From: Euryarchaeota archaeon UBA58
GTDB lineage: Archaea > Thermoplasmatota > Poseidoniia > Poseidoniales > Thalassarchaeaceae
Assembly (NCBI GenBank): GCA_002498525.1
Contig: DAHR01000013.1
Span: 131,809-194,213, forward strand
Reading direction: 5' to 3'
Length of the DNA: 62,405 nucleotides
This document shows positions 36,050-45,974 of this stretch, one piece after another. The position numbers were made by a program, and so were the translations under genes. The notes beneath the pieces were generated by a model. The model was not told the DNA's origin. It ran no database searches and was given only the letters and a program-made list of their open reading frames with translations. The stretch's first letter is position 1. Every line of letters starts with the position of its first letter.

Positions 36050-36820
36050 TCAGCCAGAGCGGTCGCGATAACTCGAGAGCAGAACGGTCAGGAACAAGCC
36101 GGCAGCGATGCCGAAAGCCGTGCCTTGGTCAGCCAGAGTCGAGCCGGCCAGATCACGGAAAGTCAGCGCCATGACTCCGGTCATCGGCACGACGAAGACG
36201 ACGAAGCGGCCCAATCGCCGCTTCGCACTAGGAGCGACACCCATCGGTCGAAGTGTAATCGAACCAGCCTTCTCCAAGACCTGCCAATCGACCGCTTCCG
36301 CCCCGATTCGCAGCCGCTGCAAGACAGCGGGGCGAATACCTGGGTCGGCCGATTTATCGTGGATAATCTCCCCTCGGCCGGTCACCAATCGCACCCGTTT
36401 GAGTTCATCCCGGTGCGCCAGCAACAACTCGGTAGCGCCGGCTGCCTGAGCAGCATCCAAGCCATGCATATCGAAAGTCAGAACTCCACGCTCACGCCGA
36501 ACCCTCTCCTCAACCACCCAAGCCCCATCAGTCTCATCTTCGAGGTGAGTCAGAACAGCCCTGAGATCATCGACTTCAGCCGCCCTTTCAGCATCGCGAG
36601 TCTCGACCTTCTCTGTGTGATTCCGCACCCGCGCGAGCGCGAACATCAACACCACAGCGCCGCTCGCGCCGCCGATTATCAGGCCGGTTTGAAGGGCATT
36701 CCCAATCTCGTCAACTTCAGTTCCGAGTGCGAAGAACGCCATCATCGACGACATCACGGTGACCATCACGCCGATGACGAGTGAAATCGCCAACGCGTCT
36801 CGTACTCCGACCTCAACCAC
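36050..36820 (-). CDS. membrane protein containing an Smr domain
   Basis: FDMHG...LVTGRG...GSI Smr motifs between two N-terminal and two C-terminal TM helices. Confidence 0.75.
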   Translation of the reverse strand: MVEVGVRDALAISLVIGVMVTVMSSMMAFFALGTEVDEIGNALQTGLIIGGASGAVVLMFALARVRNHTEKVETRDAERAAEVDDLRAVLTHLEDETDGAWVVEERVRRERGVLTFDMHGLDAAQAAGATELLLAHRDELKRVRLVTGRGEIIHDKSADPGIRPAVLQRLRIGAEAVDWQVLEKAGSITLRPMGVAPSAKRRLGRFVVFVVPMTGVMALTFRDLAGSTLADQGTAFGIAAGLFLTVLLSSYRDRSG

Positions 36821-36837
36821 GAGACGCGGGTACCTTG

Positions 36838-37680
36838 ATGACGATAGAACCCACCGACCGAGATGTGAGCAGGCTCAACGAAGTTTCTGACCGCGACGTA
36901 CGCCTACAGGACGAAGGTAAGGAAGCGACCACTCTTCGCAACGGCCGGCCCGACCGCATCCGTGAATCAAAGGTCGGCCGAAACCTCGCAGCAATCGCAG
37001 GAGTCTACCTGATCCTCGTCTTCCTAGTCCCACTCGCACTGCCCGAGAACACGATACCAGATTTGTCCGGACGAGCCAATCGGTTCGATTACGCAACCGA
37101 TGACGGGTGGGCTTCGTGGGGCAACGGCGACAATGGCGAGGGGAGCGCTGTAGGGCATAACCAACCTGAGAATGGCGGCACATTCGCCTGGACTGACCTC
37201 AATCCTGTGGCTGCACTAGTCTACGCCATCGGTGACCTCAATTGCCATCAGAAATTCGAGCGTTCTTGGGAAATCAACGGCAACCAACTGGCTGTCTGCA
37301 CGCGCGACATCGGGATTCTTCTGGGTTTTGTCGGAGCCTGTCTGCTATGGTCGCGCAAGGGCTTGAATCGATGGACTGTGAGAGATTCTTTCCTCTCGAT
37401 CTTCACTGACGAAAGCGTCGAGAGATTCTACTTCAACGACACCCGAATGAGGCTCATGCTCGTCCTTCTCGCCGTCGGATTGGGCCCAATGGCAGTTGAC
37501 GGATTCACTCAGCTGCTGACCGATTATGAGTCGACGAACCTTCTGCGGATCCTCACGGGAGCCCCAGCCGGGTTCGTCGGAGGCTGGTTCTTCTCAGCGA
37601 CCTTCTCGGCTCGGCCGAATCAGTTCGATGACGCCGAGTCTGTGAAGTTGCCAGCCGATGCGAAATTACGCATCGTCTGA
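36838..37680 (+). CDS. DUF2085-like membrane protein
   Basis: CHQKFERS, VCTRDIG, DGFTQ and ESTNLLRILTG. Confidence 0.8.
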   Translation: MTIEPTDRDVSRLNEVSDRDVRLQDEGKEATTLRNGRPDRIRESKVGRNLAAIAGVYLILVFLVPLALPENTIPDLSGRANRFDYATDDGWASWGNGDNGEGSAVGHNQPENGGTFAWTDLNPVAALVYAIGDLNCHQKFERSWEINGNQLAVCTRDIGILLGFVGACLLWSRKGLNRWTVRDSFLSIFTDESVERFYFNDTRMRLMLVLLAVGLGPMAVDGFTQLLTDYESTNLLRILTGAPAGFVGGWFFSATFSARPNQFDDAESVKLPADAKLRIV

Positions 37681-37720
37681 CCAAAATCAGATTACTTTCT
37701 GCAGGGCTTGACCAGGAAGA

Positions 37721-39061
37721 TCACTGGCCCTGCCACCAAGCGACGAGACCGCTGGCGCCGGCCGGTGCTGCTGCGTCGGCTTTGCCATTTCCGAGGATCG
37801 CCAGCCGCTCGATGGTGTCGCGTACGGCTCGCGGCTGCTGGCCCGAGCGAACGATCTGCCCCATGGCGAAGCGAAGGTGAGTGTCGGGATTTCTTGAAAT
37901 CCACCTGGCTAGGGCTTTGCGCAGCGGCCAGATGACCAGAGCCATCATGCCGAAGGCCTGCATCTCGTCCTTGAGTTGGTTGCGCGAGGCATCGCGACCG
38001 AGCAGCGACTTGTGTTGATGGACCCACTTCGAGCGGTCAGCGAGGAATCTCAGCACCTTGTGAGAATGACTGTCCGAGACCGCTCGCACAGGTCCTTGTG
38101 CTGCCCGCAATTCGTTGACATCAGCCGAGGGCAGCACTGAGAGAGTACCACATATCGAGGACATCGAATGCGCCAGCACCGATTTCGGAACATCGACGCG
38201 CTCGTCTTCAGGAACCGCAGCGATAGCCTCAGAATGAGCCTTCTGAGCGGCCCTCAGAACCCGCCAAGGTGCCTCTCCGCCGAGCCAATCTCCGCGCGCT
38301 CGGGCCGGATCGACCCCCAAGTCATCGAGTGTCGTCTGCCCCTTCGTCGACTTGATCAGCCGGCGCAGCATGAAGCGTTCAACCGACTCGGTCTCGACAT
38401 TCAGTGGAGCCACCCTCGAGTGGATGAACTTGCGAATGTGCAGCGTCAATTTCCGCCGAAACTCACGCTCGGTCGCCTCATTCGAGACAGGACCGATGAT
38501 GGCCCCCATATCGAATGGAATCGGCATCTCGATCTCACCCGAAAGGAGCGCAGCATAACCCGCCCGAATCGCCTTCTGCAACTCGGTCGTCTCGAAATAT
38601 TCAGCTTTGTCAGACATCATCCGCAGCGTTCCAGAGCGAATCCGATTGATCGCCACCTCGGGGTCGCAATCAACCCAGATGCAAAGGTCGGGAACCAGCG
38701 CAGCAGAATTCAGATGAGCGACCCTGTCAACACCCAATTCGCCGACAATCCCCTGATAGACAAGAGATGAGTGGACATTCCTCTCACTGACGACAATCCG
38801 TCCTTCCTCCAATCGAGGAAGTATCCAACCGTGAGAATGGTCGACTCGGTCAGCGGCGAACAAGCCGGCCTCCGACTCAGGAGTGTGCGTCTGTCGCCTG
38901 ACCGAATCGATAGCGAGCCGCCCCAGCGGATGGTCCCGCCGCGGCTCGCCCGTAACCTCTACCGAGGTGAAGCAGAACTCACGTTCCAGCACTTCGGCAA
39001 CGACCTTTGTGGCCAGCCCTTTTCCCGAGCCATCCCCGCCTTCGATTGTGATCAGATACAC
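37721..39061 (-). CDS. tmk: thymidylate kinase with long C-terminal extension
   Basis: ITIEGGDGSGK, EP, LFAADR, SSLVYQG and PDL in the first ~215 aa. Confidence 0.8.
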   Translation of the reverse strand: MYLITIEGGDGSGKGLATKVVAEVLEREFCFTSVEVTGEPRRDHPLGRLAIDSVRRQTHTPESEAGLFAADRVDHSHGWILPRLEEGRIVVSERNVHSSLVYQGIVGELGVDRVAHLNSAALVPDLCIWVDCDPEVAINRIRSGTLRMMSDKAEYFETTELQKAIRAGYAALLSGEIEMPIPFDMGAIIGPVSNEATEREFRRKLTLHIRKFIHSRVAPLNVETESVERFMLRRLIKSTKGQTTLDDLGVDPARARGDWLGGEAPWRVLRAAQKAHSEAIAAVPEDERVDVPKSVLAHSMSSICGTLSVLPSADVNELRAAQGPVRAVSDSHSHKVLRFLADRSKWVHQHKSLLGRDASRNQLKDEMQAFGMMALVIWPLRKALARWISRNPDTHLRFAMGQIVRSGQQPRAVRDTIERLAILGNGKADAAAPAGASGLVAWWQGQ

Positions 39062-39070
39062 GCTTACACC

Positions 39071-39811
39071 TCAAGCGTCCTCGACGAATCCGAACTGCCC
39101 ACGAGAGAGATAGGCAAGACCCATCCCCATCAGAATCAGCAGCGGGCCGATGAACATCAGACCCTGACTCCAGAGCCCCAGATATGCGAGGAGTTGTGTA
39201 CGGAAGTGACTCGTTCCATTGTATGCTTCAACGCCTCCGATTATCCCTGCCAAGCCCGCGAGGAGAATCAGCACACCGATGACGGTGGTGATGAAAACCG
39301 ATTCACGCAGATGACTCTCGCCACGCATGTCCTGCTCGTGCACCCCCTCGCCCGCGGTCAATGTCACCGTGATCTGGGCATGGTCCCCGGGGATGAGCCA
39401 GATTCGTTCTGTGAAGTTGTTGGGGTGGTCGACGACGATGAGCGATGATTGCCGAGGCACGTTGTCGAGCGCAAATCGGCCGCCTGAATCGGTTGTTGTT
39501 CGGCCGATTTCGAGTTCTTCCTCGTCGTACAGGACGACTGTAACTCCTTCGACTGCTTCGCCGCCGGTGGTCTCGTCGACGAGGGCTGAATAAACAGCTC
39601 CGTGGATGTCGGCCAAGCCTCCAGATTCGTCCAATTGGCCGGACAGTACTTCGCCTACATCGGCTGTGATATGTAGGCTTCCGGTGACCACTCCGAGGAT
39701 GCTGCCGAGGATGATGAGGATGGCTCCTGCGACGCGCGTTGCGGGGTCGACTGAGAGGTCGTCGAGCCACCATTCGAAGCGGCTGCGGCGTGATTCGTCA
39801 TCTTCAGACAT
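39071..39811 (-). CDS. membrane protein with carboxypeptidase-regulatory-like (Ig/transthyretin-like) domain
   Basis: N-terminal TM, DETTGGEAVEGVTV...TTDSGGRF and C-terminal TMs. Confidence 0.7.
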   Translation of the reverse strand: MSEDDESRRSRFEWWLDDLSVDPATRVAGAILIILGSILGVVTGSLHITADVGEVLSGQLDESGGLADIHGAVYSALVDETTGGEAVEGVTVVLYDEEELEIGRTTTDSGGRFALDNVPRQSSLIVVDHPNNFTERIWLIPGDHAQITVTLTAGEGVHEQDMRGESHLRESVFITTVIGVLILLAGLAGIIGGVEAYNGTSHFRTQLLAYLGLWSQGLMFIGPLLILMGMGLAYLSRGQFGFVEDA

Positions 39812-39823
39812 GCTACTCACCTT

Positions 39824-40876
39824 CTACTCCTCCTCGCTGCCTAGTCGAGGCGGCTTCTCAGTTTGCCGCTTCGAGACTATCGAATAATACGCGACTGCTG
39901 TCGACAAGACAATGATGAGAATTGATGACGCTGATAGAGTAGAATAGAAATCCGCGTATGGAGAATTAACCGCCTGAGACGGTTCGAATCGCTCACAATT
40001 CTCATCCAACATCTCGAACTCTATTCGTATACCGTAGTAGTTCGACCAATTCTTACCGGTTACCCACAAAGTGTCCGAAGGGTAATCATCACGAGCGATT
40101 CCATTGAGGACTCCTGATTCCTCAGTTTCGTATTGTTCTCTAAGAAAACTGAGATCGGCCATTTGGCAGACTCTGCCGGTTGAGGAGATGCTGTAAATCG
40201 AATCATCATACCATCGATTTGCAATCAAGTGCGAACCACACTCCAGTTCGTTCCAATTGTCGAGAACCTGTCCATTCATTCTGATTTCGACCTCTTCCTC
40301 GACCGTTGAGAGGTCATCTGAGAGTCTGTACAATTCGCTTGAACCATCTGAGATCCAAAGACCTTCAAAGGGGGACTCACAAATGCCCCAGCCCTCACCG
40401 TCGTAGCTGAAATTCCCGATGGGTTCGAGGGTGTCGATATCGTAGATGAAACCGATTTCTTCGCGCCAAGTCAGTTGAATCACCGAGTCGTTCCAGATCG
40501 TAAGACCCTCACCGAAAAACTGGTCTGGAAGGTCTCGCTGTAGCTCGACTTCGCCGGTAGTCATGTTGACTATTCGAACACTGGATTCACCGTACAAACC
40601 TGTGCTTTCGTAGAACTTGCCGTCGTGGATTTCCAAACCTTGCGTGAAGGCGGTCGGGTCGTGCGGAACGATGCTCACAACCACCGGTTCGATCACTTTC
40701 ACTTCCCAAGCACTTTCACTTTCCTGCGCGGCACCCTCTCCCCCTGCATAGCTTAAGAGGGGTGAAACCGAACTCAAGAGGATGGTCGCAATCAGCAATG
40801 GCAGAATCCTCGATTGGGAATTCGAAGCGCTGGGAATGCGGCCCTTTGGGCCGGGGGCGTCCGAACGATGCTCCAT
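39824..40876 (-). CDS. glutaminyl-peptide cyclotransferase (plant/bacterial type), membrane anchored
   Basis: HDPTAFTQGL, ESTGLYG, FGEG, QLTW, EGWG, NELE, LNGIA and TGKNW. Confidence 0.92.
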   Translation of the reverse strand: MEHRSDAPGPKGRIPSASNSQSRILPLLIATILLSSVSPLLSYAGGEGAAQESESAWEVKVIEPVVVSIVPHDPTAFTQGLEIHDGKFYESTGLYGESSVRIVNMTTGEVELQRDLPDQFFGEGLTIWNDSVIQLTWREEIGFIYDIDTLEPIGNFSYDGEGWGICESPFEGLWISDGSSELYRLSDDLSTVEEEVEIRMNGQVLDNWNELECGSHLIANRWYDDSIYSISSTGRVCQMADLSFLREQYETEESGVLNGIARDDYPSDTLWVTGKNWSNYYGIRIEFEMLDENCERFEPSQAVNSPYADFYSTLSASSILIIVLSTAVAYYSIVSKRQTEKPPRLGSEEE

Positions 40877-40935
40877 CGATGTTATAGCGGCTTGGAGTGG
40901 GGCTTGAACCTGTCTTCTTCATGGAGTGTCTCAGC

Positions 40936-43900
40936 ATGGCGTCACACATGAAATCAAATCGACCAACAACTACGTTGTTGTTGGTATGGCTGATGTTCGG
41001 TGCTACTTTGGTGCCGATGGTCAGCGTCGCTGCCGATTCTGCGTCTGCGACAGAACTCATCGTCAGCGGCGATTTGAGTGGTTTCGACCCCGAGACAGAG
41101 GGTCATGAGTACCTCTTTGGTGCCGAAGATGAGCCGGTTTTCTCTGCCTTCGGATACCTCAAGATGCAGTGGATCGATAACGGCTATCCGAATCTCGTGC
41201 TGCCGTTCTCGCAATCATTTCTCAATTCGCGCAGCTCTGTGAAGACCTGTGAAAGTGAATGGTCGGTCGACGATACCGATACCTTTGCGACTTCCAGCGG
41301 AATCGTCTCGGCGACCGTCGAGAAGATATCGTCCAACTCTGCCATCTTCGTCGAGGATGGCGTCGTCATCCCATCGACGACACTGAACGATCTCACATCG
41401 ACGTGGGAGTCGACGATCTACCCTACTGACACCTCCTATTTCGGCGATCCGCCCGATATCGACAACAACTGCCAGATCGAGATTCTGATTTTCGACATCG
41501 ACCTCGGTGGCGGCATCGGCGGCTACTTCGACCCCAATGTCGCCAGCAGCCGAGAGATTCTCTTCATCGACTCGGCTGACCTCACTTGGCGGAACACCAT
41601 TCTTTCCCACGAATTCGAGCACCTGCTCCACAACGCCCGCGACCCATACGAGTATCTCTGGATCGACGAGGGGGCTGCAGACATGGCCGCCTACCTGTGC
41701 TTCGGCGTCACCGACACACTATCGCAACACGCCAACGAATGGTCGCAGAACGCCAACATGAGTGTGCGCTGGTGGAATCAGCGCCTCGCCGACTACGGTG
41801 CCGGCTTCATGTTCCTGATGTATCTGGCCGACAAACTCGGTGGCGGCGCTGCAATCAGCGATCTGGTCTCCGACACCGCGACTGGTGGAGTCGCGGTCGA
41901 GAATCTGGCTCGCAACCCTCAGCCTGGCTCGACAGCCATCGGCACAACGATGACCGATATTTTCGCCAATTTCTCAGCCGCGGTGGCTCTCGACAGCGCT
42001 CAAGGGGCATTTGGATTCAGCAACATAGCCATGACTGCAGGTTGCGTCACCGGCTTCATCTGCAAGGTTCAGATGAGTGGTTACAAGGATGAATGGCAGA
42101 ACGACTGGTCTTCACCGGCTCAGCAACTTGAGGGCTGGGGAATGCGGGCTTACAAGTTCGCTGGCGGTACCGGCGCTCCTCTCAATCTGATGGTTCAACC
42201 GACCCAGTTCGGAGTCGCTGGGGTAGTCATGGCGAAGGATGCTGCGACCAGTACATGGTCGATGTCGCGCCTTCGCATCGACACAGGGACCGGCGCTGGC
42301 ACCGGCTTGGTGCACGGCTTCGGCAACGAGACCAACGAGGTCTGGCTGATTGCATGGTACGAATCTCAAGTCAACGATTGCGACTATAATTTCGCCAGCT
42401 GCGGCATCACGACCGGCTCTTACCCGACGACCTCGATAACCGTCCAAGCGGGAATCATCACCGACCCAGCCGATATAGAAATCATGTCGATCACCTCATT
42501 CGATCGCGATGCTGACAATCTCGATGACAGCATCGAAATCGACTTGGAAGTGACCTCAAATGCCTTCTTCGAAATCATTGAGGTTACCCTTGAAGCATTC
42601 GTCAACAACACGCTGCGCGACTCGATTACCTTCGATGTCCCCGCTGGCAACAGCATTCCAAGGGAGGACTCGGTCTGGTTCACACCGCCTGAGACTGGTG
42701 ACTGGACCTTCGGCGTGCGCATCCGTGACGTCACCGGAGCGGTCATCGACACCGCCTTCACCCTGCCGATCGAGTTGGGCAACATGGAACCGGTCGCATC
42801 AGGCTCGACCTCGACGGCAATAACCCAGACTTGGCTTCCAGTGAGCCTTTTCGGTGCGGGCTACGATGTCTGGGGCTTCGGCCTATCGAATAATTCGTAC
42901 TTCCATAATGACACTCCAATCGCATACATCTGGGATCTGGGCGACAATACCACTTCCGGCCTCAAGAATCCAGTTCACACCTATGACGAGGCCGGAGAAT
43001 ACACCATCACCCTGACGGTTCAGGATCAGGGCGGTTACTACTCTGAATCACAGTCTTGGATAGTAACTGTGGCCGATACGACCGAGCCGATCGTCGAGAT
43101 TCGTGTCGATGGCGTGACGATAACCGATGAGATTGTCCTGTTGACGAATCAACGCGTTCTGTTCTCCGCCCGCAGCACGGTCGACAACGTCCCGCATGAG
43201 CAACTCGATTTCACTTGGAATTGGGGTGACGGTGGTGACGAAGGTGGCATCGGATTGGTTGAGGCGAGCCATTCCTATGTCGATGGCAGTGCTGACGGCA
43301 TCGTCTACACACTCACGCTGACGGTCAATGACGGCACACATGTGGTCGAGCATCAGGTCTACGTCCGCATCCTCAACAGAGTTCCTCGCCAGCTCTTCGA
43401 TGAGGAGTTGCAGACCTTCACACTGACCCCTCTCGCCATGCCGGATATCTTCACCGACGACGATGGAATCATCGTCGAATACCGCTGGACTTTCGACGGC
43501 GGAGTGAATCTCTCTGGTCGCGGATTGACCCTCACTTCAGACTTCTCCGCGACCTCCTCTGTCGACCAAAATCCAATGGTTGGATGGAGAACTCCTGGCC
43601 TCAAGAACGTCACAATCGAAGCCACCGATGACGACGGGAATATGTCCAGCGTCACCCTGATTGTACGAGTCCTCAACCAGAGACCTGTCGCCGTCTTCGC
43701 GCGTCCTGCAGACGGCACGGTCGAGTCGGATTACATCTTCGAGAGCCTTTCCTTCGACCCCGACGGCGACACCTCTCTTCTCCAAACCATCTGGGACATC
43801 ACCGGCGTCGACGAACCGATCGAGAACGTCTCCAGCGTTCACCACACCTTCGCCGAGCCGGGCTTGTACACGGTCTCACTGACTGTCATCGACGAGAGAG

Positions 43901-45042
43901 GAGCCGAATCAGCCACCAAATCTTTCCAGATTCGTATTGCCAATCCACTTCCCGTACCAATGATAGAGTTCCGCCAACCGAGCGAGAACGGTACCGTCCT
44001 GGCCGATATTCCAGCCGACGATGCCAGCGTCATCTGGTGGGTTCCATTCGCTGCTGACGGGGGAGCCTTCATCGCTCCAGACCACTCGATATTACTCGAC
44101 GGCTCAGCGAGTTACGATGGCGACCCGCAATTCGTCGGCCGCACCTCGCCAGACCAGCAAGACGCTGACTGGAACGGAATAACACGCTGGATCTGGGACT
44201 TCGGCGACGCCACCCCTCAGGAGGAAGGGGCAATCGTCTGGCACTCGTGGGAGCGCCCGGGAACCTACGAGGTGACCTTGACCGTGGTAGATGGTTTCGA
44301 GGGCGGTGACACGAACACGACGACCATCCTCGTACACATCTCAAGAGCACCAGAGATTCTCACGAAAGACCCTATCGATTCTGATTATGTCACGCAGGGC
44401 GATCTCGTCCTGCTGAACCACAGCGCCACCGACATCGACCTCGAAGAGGGGCTGGAAGCTTGGCTCGACCTCGACGCATTCGACGACAGCGATGGCGATG
44501 GCGATCCGATGAACGACCGAGACAGAAGCCTGACTGGTGAGTTGAAGGTCGACTGGGACCTCAATGCTCTCATCGATTCGGATCAAGACGGCGATTATCG
44601 CAATGATTTCATCTGGGGCAACATGACTTGGTATCAGATCGGCGAGATACGCGTCGTCCTGCAGGTCTGCGACGGTGTCGGCGTCTGCACAACTGAGGAT
44701 TATGTCATCACCGTCCTTTCGGTCGAAGACAGCAAACCTCCTCTCGATTGGGCGGATCTTACCTGGCGCGACCTTGTTCCGAACAAGAGCAGCGCCGGAT
44801 TGTTGGCACTTGTCGGCCTCGTCCTTTTCCTCGGTTGGCTCGTCATGCGCCAGAAGGACGAGGAGGAACTCGACGCCGAAGACATGCTCGAGACCTACGA
44901 TGTTCAGGAAGTGGAGGTCGAGGGAGGCCTACCCGGAATGGACCAGCACACACCTCCACCACAACCGAAGTATCTGACAGTGGGCGAGCGAAGGAACAAG
45001 GAGTCAGGATACGTACGACCTATCAGGACTCGGAGGCGCTGA
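40936..45042 (+). CDS. secreted zinc metallopeptidase (M30/M6-like HExxH) with PKD domains and TM anchor
   Basis: Signal peptide; HEFEH...WIDEG; repeated WDLGD/WNWGD/WDFGD and GxYxVTLTV PKD motifs; C-terminal TM; start codon uncertain (40921, 40936 or 40948). Confidence 0.85.
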   Translation: MASHMKSNRPTTTLLLVWLMFGATLVPMVSVAADSASATELIVSGDLSGFDPETEGHEYLFGAEDEPVFSAFGYLKMQWIDNGYPNLVLPFSQSFLNSRSSVKTCESEWSVDDTDTFATSSGIVSATVEKISSNSAIFVEDGVVIPSTTLNDLTSTWESTIYPTDTSYFGDPPDIDNNCQIEILIFDIDLGGGIGGYFDPNVASSREILFIDSADLTWRNTILSHEFEHLLHNARDPYEYLWIDEGAADMAAYLCFGVTDTLSQHANEWSQNANMSVRWWNQRLADYGAGFMFLMYLADKLGGGAAISDLVSDTATGGVAVENLARNPQPGSTAIGTTMTDIFANFSAAVALDSAQGAFGFSNIAMTAGCVTGFICKVQMSGYKDEWQNDWSSPAQQLEGWGMRAYKFAGGTGAPLNLMVQPTQFGVAGVVMAKDAATSTWSMSRLRIDTGTGAGTGLVHGFGNETNEVWLIAWYESQVNDCDYNFASCGITTGSYPTTSITVQAGIITDPADIEIMSITSFDRDADNLDDSIEIDLEVTSNAFFEIIEVTLEAFVNNTLRDSITFDVPAGNSIPREDSVWFTPPETGDWTFGVRIRDVTGAVIDTAFTLPIELGNMEPVASGSTSTAITQTWLPVSLFGAGYDVWGFGLSNNSYFHNDTPIAYIWDLGDNTTSGLKNPVHTYDEAGEYTITLTVQDQGGYYSESQSWIVTVADTTEPIVEIRVDGVTITDEIVLLTNQRVLFSARSTVDNVPHEQLDFTWNWGDGGDEGGIGLVEASHSYVDGSADGIVYTLTLTVNDGTHVVEHQVYVRILNRVPRQLFDEELQTFTLTPLAMPDIFTDDDGIIVEYRWTFDGGVNLSGRGLTLTSDFSATSSVDQNPMVGWRTPGLKNVTIEATDDDGNMSSVTLIVRVLNQRPVAVFARPADGTVESDYIFESLSFDPDGDTSLLQTIWDITGVDEPIENVSSVHHTFAEPGLYTVSLTVIDERGAESATKSFQIRIANPLPVPMIEFRQPSENGTVLADIPADDASVIWWVPFAADGGAFIAPDHSILLDGSASYDGDPQFVGRTSPDQQDADWNGITRWIWDFGDATPQEEGAIVWHSWERPGTYEVTLTVVDGFEGGDTNTTTILVHISRAPEILTKDPIDSDYVTQGDLVLLNHSATDIDLEEGLEAWLDLDAFDDSDGDGDPMNDRDRSLTGELKVDWDLNALIDSDQDGDYRNDFIWGNMTWYQIGEIRVVLQVCDGVGVCTTEDYVITVLSVEDSKPPLDWADLTWRDLVPNKSSAGLLALVGLVLFLGWLVMRQKDEEELDAEDMLETYDVQEVEVEGGLPGMDQHTPPPQPKYLTVGERRNKESGYVRPIRTRRR

Positions 45043-45044
45043 GG

Positions 45045-45965
45045 TTGAGATTAGCTGGACGCAGGCTCGCAGCAACCGGTTTCAGCGTCGGATTACTAGC
45101 TCCTCTCGTCGCCATTCTCTTCGTCGCTGCCACACCTGCGATCGCCGCTTCGAGTGACTGCAACATCGCTCCCGATGTTGGAATCGAATGGGGCTCTCAG
45201 GCGGAACTAAGAAATCTCGATGACGGTAATGTGGTGGAATGGTTACTGCCGGGCGATCCGAATGTCGATCTGGCTCCGCTGGTCAGTGATTTCTACGCCG
45301 AAGTGACGATTGATCCGATCGATGGAGCAGCCCTTCGGATGGAATTAGTTCCGGGATATTCGTACACCTTCTGCACTGAATTCCATGAGGATCCCCAAGA
45401 CCCGCCGAATGTCGCCCCGATTGGCGATGTCTACCTCCTCTCCGAGACCAATTGGGGATATTACACCAACGAATACATCCAACACAAGAACGGCTGGGGA
45501 GATGTTGAAGAGGCTCTGAAATGGGTTCCAGTCGAATGGCGAGACATGATTGTCTTCCTGCCATTCAGGGATGTCCATGCCTACGAGAAGGTGCAGTCAA
45601 ACTCATTCTCGACAGCTCTGGACTCGGATAGCAAAGGCTGGATCTCATGGTTCGGAGAAGCGCAGGACCCGAGTTATTACCTCGTTCTCGACAATTGGAA
45701 CAACAGCAGACCCAGTGATGCGAATTCCGTAGACGGAGGAATGATCGTGCAAGTCTGGGTCGAGGTCGAAGAGAGGTTGACACTACCGAAATTCACCGCT
45801 TACCTGATTGTCGGAATTCTGCCGATCTCCTGCATCGTCGTTCCTCTCATTCTTCACTCCAGATACCACGCTGCGGGGAAGGGCAGTGCCGATGATAAGA
45901 CGCAACTGGTACCACTGTTAGAATCCGAGCCGGGTTACGATTCCCGTGATGAATTGGATGACTGA
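45045..45965 (+). CDS. hypothetical secreted/membrane-anchored protein
   Basis: TTG start just after the upstream stop with GGAGG; signal-like N-terminus; C-terminal TM. Confidence 0.65.
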   Translation: MRLAGRRLAATGFSVGLLAPLVAILFVAATPAIAASSDCNIAPDVGIEWGSQAELRNLDDGNVVEWLLPGDPNVDLAPLVSDFYAEVTIDPIDGAALRMELVPGYSYTFCTEFHEDPQDPPNVAPIGDVYLLSETNWGYYTNEYIQHKNGWGDVEEALKWVPVEWRDMIVFLPFRDVHAYEKVQSNSFSTALDSDSKGWISWFGEAQDPSYYLVLDNWNNSRPSDANSVDGGMIVQVWVEVEERLTLPKFTAYLIVGILPISCIVVPLILHSRYHAAGKGSADDKTQLVPLLESEPGYDSRDELDD

Positions 45966-45974
45966 TGCGGCGGA

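Noticed and set aside
44748..45044. N-terminal extension of the 405-aa ORF overlapping the PKD protease (likewise upstream extensions of ALDH, fabH, M23 and aroA)
   Set aside because: Extensions overlap upstream genes and lack family similarity; downstream starts fit better
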